A stretch of 37,491 nucleotides of DNA from Reclinomonas americana ATCC 50394 (taxonomy: Eukaryota). The translations under genes were made by a program, and so were the position numbers. Positions 27,115 to 37,491 of the stretch are shown one piece after another (within the stretch, counting starts at the first letter, position 1; every line of letters begins with the position of its first letter). Under the pieces are notes generated by a model. It made no database searches. It worked only from the letters and a program-made list of their open reading frames with translations, and was not told where the DNA came from. The stretch covers positions 25,160-62,650 of the forward strand of contig PS015066.1 in the NCBI GenBank assembly GCA_048213135.1, given 5' to 3'.

Positions 27115-28461
27115 TCATGTTACCCCGAAAAAGTCGCCGACGGTCACCTCTCGCATACTCTCGTCGCCAATGAAGAGGCACATGAGTCGTGCATCCTCCA
27201 GCTCTCCGCGCGCATCGACACCGAATCTTGGATCTGTGTGTGGCGAGGAGAATGAGGGGAACCACACAGACAAAGATTGACGACAAGTGCGGACAGACCA
27301 TACCCGGTCGACGGCGTGGAAGAAACGAGGGTCTGCGGCACGAAAAGGGAGTGTCGGCAATGGTGAAGAAGATCGCTTCTACTGTTACTGCCACACGAAC
27401 CCTGTACACGTCGACGAGTTTGGTACTGGATGCGGCGTTGCGCAGCACGCGGAGCGTCTCGTACCAACTCCACGTGCCCTGCATGCCCTCGAAATCAGCC
27501 GAGGTGATAACCAGCAGCGGCAGTGTAGCCAACACGCGCCGTGCCTCATCCACCTCGGTTTCGCCTGTGATTGTGCATGCCACCGACGGCAAGCTGTCGC
27601 CCTCCATCAGCGAGCTGCAGGTCGGCGGAAGCTCGTTGCCCGACTCCACATCGAGCGAGTGCTCCGGCACCCTGCAGTCGCACAATGAACGACAGGGGAA
27701 TACGGCAACGCGGGCGGCGAGACGCGACGCACCAGTGCTGGAACAGCCCTCCACTGTAGCAAGCCCCTGTGAACAGCAACGCCTGCGTAATGGCTCCCGC
27801 TCGGAGAAGTGGGACCAGCAGCGCCGCCAGTTCTTGCCAGTGCTGCATGCACCGAGACGCGATGAGCGATCACTGGTGGATATGCTGCATGACGGTCGCA
27901 GCAAACCATGGTGTACGCCGATGTGCTGACTGTGGTGTCAAACGACGACACAGTGTGCGAGTCAACGTGCAGTGCCGCGTCGACTTCTTCATCGTCACCT
28001 CGCGCCTCGTTGAACTCGAGCCACCATCGTCGCCGATCGGGATCCACCGAGTGTGATCGCTGGTAATTGTGGTGAGCGATATGCGAGGGTGANNNNNNNN
28101 NNNNNNNNNNNNNNNNNNNNNNNNNNNNNNNNGGCTGGCCACGCATGCATGCACGCACCAGGAACAAGTCGACTCCACGCTTGCTTCTCTCGGAGAATTC
28201 ACTGTCGTTGTCGGTGCCGCCATGACCCAAGTAGACCAGCAAAAGACGCGACTTGTCGGGCAGTGATCGCACAGTGTGTTTGAGTGATCGCACCGAAGTC
28301 ACCACGATCGCTTCCTGCGAAGATGAGGAGGATCGCTGATTCCACCAGTCGCGCCACTCGTGACACAATCGCTCGATCTCATGGCGATTCTCATCCGGCA
28401 GGCAGTCTGGTCGACCTCCCTGCACGATGATCAGTGACGCGTGATGCACGGGGGAGGTCAT
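27115..28461 (-). CDS. Divergent clan CD cysteine peptidase (legumain C13/caspase-like fold)
   Basis: LLLVYLGHG (His ~28222) and LLFTGACYSGG (Cys ~27760), LLVITSAD, terminal FIGDESMREVTVGDFFG; the 3' exon phases and the start are uncertain. Confidence 0.6.
28093..28132. other. Assembly gap
   Basis: Run of N. Confidence 1.
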
Positions 28462-28590
28462 CACCGCTGAGTGGTGAGCGATCGGCACGCGGGACGAGGA
28501 CAACTCCGTCGCTGTGCGGTCGTCTGCATTGTATGTTTCCTGTTGTACACTTTATGGGAGAGGCACTTCCTCTCGCACGAGTTCTGAGCT

Positions 28591-28951
28591 NNNNNNNNNN
28601 NNNNNNNNNNNNNNNNNNNNNNNNNNNNNNNNNNNNNNNNNNNNNNNNNNNNNNNNNNNNNNNNNNNNNNNNNNNNNNNNNNNNNNNNNNNNNNNNNNNN
28701 NNNNNNNNNNNNNNNNNNNNNNNNNNNNNNNNNNNNNNNNNNNNNNNNNNNNNNNNNNNNNNNNNNNNNNNNNNNNNNNNNNNNNNNNNNNNNNNNNNNN
28801 NNNNNNNNNNNNNNNNNNNNNNNNNNNNNNNNNNNNNNNNNNNNNNNNNNNNNNNNNNNNNNNNNNNNNNNNNNNNNNNNNNNNNNNNNNNNNNNNNNNN
28901 NNNNNNNNNNNNNNNNNNNNNNNNNNNNNNNNNNNNNNNNNNNNNNNNNNN
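28591..28951. other. Assembly gap
   Basis: Run of N. Confidence 1.
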
Positions 28952-30832
28952 AAGGATCTCTAGCGTGTCCAGTGGTCTGCAGATGGAGAAACCGACGGCG
29001 ATATCCTCCGGCATCTCCGGCAGCACTTGCACTCCCATGAAGCGCCTTGTCTGCACACAAAACACCATCAGTGCGTGGCAAACAAGAGCAACCATCACCA
29101 GAGCACAGCGTACCGTCAAGTCGGTGCCTTCGTGGATTTCGCAGCCGAATCGCTTGTTGCGCAGGTCGAAGCGCAGAGTTACCACATCGCCCGAGGTGAT
29201 TGCGAATCCCGACAGCCATGCCGACGCTCGACCATTTCTGTACAGATTTCCATTGGCGAGGTCTGCGCATCGCGTCTGTCAGCTTCCTTCCCCTCCCACA
29301 CACGGGGGTAGAGTGCACGCAACAGAGGCAGGCGGTCGGTGGCGTCGGCAACTGAAACACGTCCATGCGCCACGATTGGGCGGGGATATCGTCGGCCACG
29401 TAGCCGACGGCGCACATGGTGGGCGTGTGGGCGAATGACACACGAATGCGTACCACCATCGTGCATGCGACGCCGATGCGATCGTCGCGCAGCACCTGTG
29501 CAGTGCGACCGGAACGGAATTGCGGCACTGTGGTCTGCACCGTCGACGGCGACGGCATGCTCACATCCGGCTCGAGGTGATCGGTCGACCATGTCAGCTG
29601 GCTAACTGGTCCTGTGTGCGACGCGCGATGAGCCCATCGAGCAGATGCTCGGCGGGTGGCACAAACACGCAACTGACGAGCGCCTGCTGTATTGTGGTGA
29701 CGAGCTGCTGGCACGTACTGCCCGAGTCGCAAACCGGCTCGGCCAGCTGCGCCGCCATCAACACGGTCGACGTCAACTCGGGCAGCGGACCTTGTGACCA
29801 GGCCAGCACATTGGAGGCGAGTCGTAGCAGCGCCTCGATGAACGGTGTCTGCGATCTGGAGAGCAGCTCGGCCGACAGCAACTCCACACCACCGTGACCG
29901 ACAAACGACTGAACGTTCCCGTCGTGCTCTGCGCCACGATCGTGTGAGTGGCAAACCACACATAACTCATGATCGCTCCAGTCGCAACTCCACACTGCAT
30001 TGGTGAGTGTCATGACGGCCTCGATCAGCAGCTCACTGCGCATATCCTCCAGACTGCGACTGCGCAAGTGATCGCGGACCCAGTCCAGCACACGCTCCAC
30101 GCCACCGCCTTCACAAAACGCATCCTGATTCAACGCGCAGCCTGTGGCGCACCACGGCAGTGAGCCTCCTCCGCAGATGGGGAAGAAGAACAACAAGTGC
30201 GCACCATGCATGGAGTTGCGCAGAGTGCCAAACAAGCTCTCCAGTACCATCTCGTCGCTCTCGCTCGCCATGAGCTGCAGCACGCGAGGTACTCCACCGC
30301 ACGAGTGGAAGACAACACGATTGGACAAGCTCCCTGTGATGGAGCGAGTGAGTGAGAAAGAGAGGGATGAGTGAGGAAGGAGTGTGAGGAGAAGAAGAAG
30401 GACAAGAGGAGTGGCCGCACCATACACTGCCACCCAGAGCGCGCGTGTGACTGTCTGTCGCACGCCGATTGTCGCATCTGAGAGGTTCTCCAGCAAGTCG
30501 CTCACCTGCTGCTCCTGTGCCACTCGCAGTGACTCTGCACCACAGAAGAGAAGAAAAGAGAAGAGAAGAGAGAAGAGAGTTAAAAATGTATCTCATGGCC
30601 TTCATCATCATCATCACATGCTGACTGACCATTTATGCACCACGCATCGTCATCGACGAATGCGCTGCCTTCTTTGTCAAGGCGAAGGCGATGGAATCGC
30701 TCGGCTTGTGCTTGGCATTGCTTCTCAATGACTGACAAGGCAACTGCTCCATGTGTGCGCGTGAGACTGAGAGAGCGAGGAGAGAAGGAGAGAGAGAAGA
30801 GTGCTGTGCCACAGACCGTCGTCGTCGGCCAT
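28952..30832 (-). CDS. Armadillo-repeat protein with C-terminal SPRY/B30.2-like beta domain (3' end in gap)
   Basis: Three ARM-like units (SNRVVFHSCGGVPRVLQLM; LNQDAFCEGGGVERVL; GNVQSFVGHGGVELL), then CAVGYV...YLANGNLYRNG...SGDVVTLRFDLRNKRFGCEI...IAVGFSI. Confidence 0.7.
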
Positions 30833-30953
30833 CCAACGCGGCGTTCGTCCCTATCAGTTGTCTCTCACTAACAGGACATATCACGAAAACTTCAAGCACC
30901 ACACTTCATTGGCTTGAGCATGTGCGTGAGAGCGAGCGACGGGAGCAGCGGGA

Positions 30954-32981
<2,028 letters not shown>

Positions 32982-32994
32982 CTGCAGAGTGTGG

Positions 32995-33180
32995 TGAGAG
33001 AGAGAGAGAGAGAGGAAGAGAGAGAGAGGAGGAGGAGGAGGAGGAGGAGGAGGAGGAGGAGAAGAGAGGAGAAGGAGGAGCAGACGGAGAAGAGAGAAAT
33101 GAGATGGAGAAGAACAAGGAGTAGGAGAAGAAGGAGGAGGAAGAAGAAGAAGAAGGAGAACAGAGCAAGAGAAGAGTAGA
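32995..33180. repeat. (GA)n/(GGA)n/(GAA)n purine-rich simple repeat, probably in a 5'-UTR intron of pip
   Basis: Simple repeat seen directly; bounded on the - strand by GTGAGT (~33200) and CAG|ATG (32982). Confidence 0.75.
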
Positions 33181-33484
33181 ATGAGGAAGGATACACTCAC
33201 AGAGAGAGTGAGTGTGCAAACTGTACTGCAGATGACTTCTGTGACTGCTTGAGTCTCTTGACAAGCTCCAAGAATTTCTCCGCAGACAACGCTCTCTTGT
33301 GCCCTCCTCTCACTCAGTTGCGTCTCTCTTTGTGTGCTCTCTCTCACACACACATGTGACTTGCCAGCACACACGCACCCTTCTGACTGCGCTTGAAAGG
33401 GCACGCAAAAACATGAGGGCATGACGTCACCGACGATCTGTCCCGCGTCGTGCAATCACTCTTCGTTTGCTCATTCAGCCGCCC

Positions 33485-36400
33485 ATGCCACCAAAGGCCT
33501 CAAAAGGTACGCTTGTCATGCATGTGCATGAGAGAGGCGCGCGAGCCTGCAGCCTGTGGTCGCTTGCAGTTGCATGCAGACTCTCCATTATCCTCCTCTC
33601 TCTGTGTGTGGCGTGCTCCTGTTCTCTCGCCACTGGTGGTTCTGTGATGAATGTGTGTGCGTCGTGGTGATGGCGTGGCGCGTTGGACACGAGCGGCCTT
33701 GCGTGTGCGCGTTGTGCTGTTGCTCGTGCACATTCACATGCACATGGCCACCCGCCACTCACACACTCACTTTTCACACGCGTGCAGAGAAATCGGCGGC
33801 GGCGGTGACGGCCGCGGGCAAGGCCAAGTCATCGATGGTGTGTGAGCCCGTCGCAGATGGCCTCCTTTATGCATGAGCTGATGATGTTCGATTTGTGTGA
33901 CCTGCAGAACGGGTCGACGTCGATGCTGCCGGCGCCTGTCACGCAAAAGGAGAAGCAGCAGCGGCAGCTGGAGAAGCAAAAGGCTGCTACCGCTGAGCAG
34001 AAGAAGAAGAATGCCGACCAGCAGCAGCAGAAGAAGAAGGATGATCGCAAGAAGAGGGAGGATCGGAAGAAGAAGGACGACAAGAGGAAGGAGCACAAGC
34101 AGAAGGATCACAAGAAGGAGGACGACAAGAGCAAGCAGACGAAGAAGAAGGACGACAGAAAGGAGAAGCCTGCTGCGCAGAAACCCGCGGCACCGCGCAA
34201 GCCCGTGGCGCCACCGTCGGAGCAGTCGCTGTTGCCGGTGTCGGTGCTGAAGCAGCGAGCGATCCAGATGTATCAGGAGCGCATTCGGCGACATGAGGAG
34301 CAGCATGGTGCGTGTTTCCATGTGTATGTGCATCGGCAGCACGTGCGGCAACTGACCTGTTGTTTGCATCACAGAGGCCACGGCCAGTGCTGGCAAGGAA
34401 TCGAGCGACGATCGGTGGTTGCGAATGGTGCTCAAGTCGGGCACGCTGTCGGATCGTGTGGCCGCCCTGTCGCTCCGCGCACAGCAGGATCCGATTCACT
34501 CGTTGCGACTGATCAAGTCGCTCGTCGCCATGTGTGGCAAGCAGGCTGCGCGTCGTGAGGCGCTGCTGGCTGCTGAGGCACTGAAGGACGCCTTCACCAA
34601 CAGTGACGCGCTGCTGCCGTCCGATCGCCGTCTGCGTTACTTTCACGAGTCTCTGGCCGCGTACCGTGTGACCACACCCGACGGCGACGTCCCCGACCGA
34701 TTGCTCATCGACTGGTGAGTGAGAGAGTGTGTGAGTGGAGAACGCCAACAGCAGGGAGCTGAACGTGGAGTGGGGACGCAGGGCATTTGAGGATTTGCTA
34801 AAGGAGACGCATGGCGAGTTTATGCGCACTCTGGAGGTGATGACGCACGACGCGTTGGAACACACCAAGACCGTGGCGCTGCGCTACTGCTTCGACATGC
34901 TGGTGGCGAAGCCAGAGGTACTTGCGCACACTTGCATCACCTTTGCACCCTCCACTCTTCTCTCACCCATTCACCCAACTCAGGGCGAACGCGTGCTGTT
35001 GAGCATGTTGGCCAACAAGCTCGGCGACCCCGATCGCAAGGTCGCCTCGCGCTGCTCGCACCTCCTCATGCAGCTCATCACCGAGCACCATCCGTCGATG
35101 AAGGCCGTGGTGGTGACCGAGGTGGAACGTCTCATGTTCCGCCCCAATGTGGACCTGCATGCGCTGCACTACTCCGCGGCATTCCTCAACCAGATCATTC
35201 TGACGCGTCGCGACAAGGCTCTCGCCACTTCGCTGCTGGAGATCTACTTTGGTATCTTCAAACTGCTCATCTCCAAGGGCGAGATGGAGTCGCGCACATT
35301 GTCGCTGCTGTTGACTGGTGTCAATCGAGCGTACCCGTTCGCGGCCGGTGCGTCGCTGGATGGCAAGAAGGATCGGAAGCAGGGAGGGCGGCAGCGTCGC
35401 GACGAGGACGAGGCTGCGGAGGCCGCGGAGGCCGCAGCCGCAGACGAGCAGGCCGAGGGTCTCACGATCACCGACAAGTTCCGCTCGCACCTCGACACGC
35501 TGTTCAAGGTGGCCAACGGGTCGCACTTCAACGTGGCCACGCAGGCCCTCCTCCTGCTCCTGCAAGTGTCGTCGGCAGACAGTGGTGAACTGCGCGATCG
35601 GTTCTACAAGACGCTGTACGGTCGTCTGCTGTCACCGGAGTTGCACGTGACCTCGAAGAAGGTGCGGTGTGCAGGAGGGAGTGTCAGTTTGTTGCAGATT
35701 GAGTGACCCTCTTTCTTTCTTCTTTTATTGCATAGGCGCAATTCCTGAACGTGCTGTTCCGTGCCATGCGCGACGACCCGATGGTGGACCGAGTGCGCGC
35801 CTTCACGAAGCGCGTGCTGCAAGTTGGCATGCACCAGATGCCGAGCTTTGTGTGCGGTGCCATTTTCCTGCTCTCCGAGGTCGTGCAGCGTCGATCGGTG
35901 CTCAAGTCCAGCATTCTGCACGCCGAGCACCTCGCGCCGTCCACAAGTGCCACCTCCACGTCCACTGCACCGCCCTTGGCGCGAGGCAAGTCTGCTTCTG
36001 CTGCCGATGCCGATGCCGACAGCGATGAGGATGAGTACTTTGGTGACGCGCGGAAGGTGGTGGAGGTGTGTGTGTGTGTGTGAAAGAGGGAGAGAGAGAC
36101 TGCGCGGTGAGTCCTCACTTTTGATGACACGCAGGACGGTGATGATGACGATGACGAGGAAGCAGACGAGGGAGAGGAGGCAGAGGAAGAGGAGGAGGAG
36201 GAGGACTTTGAGTTTTCCGGTGATTTCACGATGGACGGTGAGAAGGACGATGATGATGATGATGACGACGAGGACGATGAGGATGGCGAAGAGGCTGCCG
36301 ACAAGGAGGAGGGAGAGGAGCTAGCCGACGATGGAGTCTTGTGAGTGAGCCGATGCATGCAAGGCCAATCTTCAAAAGACTCACATCTGCCTTGCAGCAA

Positions 36401-37491
36401 ATCTGACTACCCGTACAAGCCACTCAGTCGCGACCCGCGACAGGCAAACACCGCCGGCACATGCTTGTGGGAACTGGTGCGTTGAGCACGAGGAGAATGC
36501 CTCTCATCAATCAATCACCACTCATTTTCATGCACGTGACACAGTCGCTGTTCCGTCACCACTTCCATCCCAGTGTGCGCTCGTTTGCCAACACGATGCT
36601 GCGCGGTGAGGCCGTGGTGTACACGGGTGATCCGATTGAGGACTTTTCCATGCACACCTTCCTCGACAAGTTCATGTGAGTCTTCACTCCCTTGGTCTTC
36701 TTCCTTCGCCCCGCCGCTCACCACTTTCCTCGCAGCTTCAACCGACCGAAGAAGCGCACGTTCAAGGACCGCAGTGGCAGCATCATGCAGCGGCGAGTGA
36801 GCACGTACGCTGCGGCGGAGCCACTCAACTCGTCCAAGTCGAACTTTTCCACACTGCCCGAGTCGGTGGTCCGCGAGAATGAGGTGTTCTTGCACAAGTA
36901 TCTGTCTCGTCGGGTGCCGGTTATGTTGCCCGAGGACGACGGAAAGCGCCAACGCGGCGACTTTGACGACGACGATGATGAGGACGATGACGAGGACGCG
37001 GAGCTGGACGATGATGAGATTGATCGCATTGTGGAGCGCGAGGCCATGGGCACAGATGCCATGCCTGACGACGACGACGACGACGACGAAGACGAGGTGT
37101 GTGCTCGGTGGGAGCGGAGGATTGATTGCCTTGGTGTCTCATGGTGTGCAATCCGTGCAGGATGATGAATTCGACGACGACGACGACGACGAGGACGAGG
37201 AAATGGATGCGAAGAAGCGGGCGGTGCGTTTCCAGCCTGCTGCATTTTCTCTGCGCATCCCAATAATCCCCCCGATGTGCAGATGTTCCGAAAGATGGAC
37301 GGCCTTGGCGACGAGGACGACGAGGACGACGAGGAGGATGCAGAGTTGAGTCGACTGCTGCTTGGCGAGGAGGACGACGACGACGAAGACGGCGGCGGCT
37401 TCAACACCAAGCTGGAGGGCGACAGCTCGGACGAGGAGGAAATGGGCAGCGATGACGACGACGACGACGGTGCTGGTGGTGGCAAGAAGTC
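33485..37491 (+). CDS. CEBPZ: CCAAT/enhancer-binding protein zeta / NOC1 / Mak21 ribosome biogenesis factor (3' truncated by window)
   Basis: SGTLSDRVAAL, KPE...LANKLGDPDRKVAS, LLTGVNRAYPF, HFNVATQALLLL, DRFYKTLY, DRVRAFTKRVLQ, RDP...CLWEL, HFHPSV, YTGDPIEDF...FLDKF, acidic tail. Confidence 0.95.

Noticed and set aside
27395-27405. Possible GG-AG intron (TACAG|GGTTCGT) in the peptidase gene
   Set aside because: Alternative GT donors, an alternative acceptor or in-frame read-through explain the frame equally well
33422-33429. CRE-like TGACGTCA between pip and CEBPZ, and TGAGTCA at 520, as UPR/bZIP elements
   Set aside because: Short motifs; TGAGTCA also occurs in introns and coding regions here, so enrichment cannot be shown

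Overview
Gene-dense, GC-rich eukaryotic (protist-like) scaffold with six N-gaps, many ~60-100 nt spliceosomal introns, the standard genetic code and very short intergenic spacers. All gene models were spliced by eye. Left to right: two small hypothetical genes; a CAR-like/long-chain acyl-CoA synthetase adenylation enzyme; IFT22/RABL5 (suggesting a flagellated organism); DDRGK1; IRE1 with a large luminal Lys-rich repeat; ABCF3/GCN20; a long coiled-coil protein; a CDC123/R2K-type ATP-grasp apparently fused to an IPNS-like 2OG-Fe(II) oxygenase; a divergent clan CD (legumain/caspase-like) peptidase; an ARM+SPRY-like protein; proline iminopeptidase; and CEBPZ/NOC1 (truncated by the window end). Two observations stand out. 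(1) Roughly a quarter of the introns I could trace use a register-shifted 5' splice site, GTTGCGT and relatives (G at +6 rather than +5), nearly always after a non-G exon end, including one probable GC variant. (2) The ATP-grasp::oxygenase fusion is hidden because its middle contig appears to be assembled in reverse.
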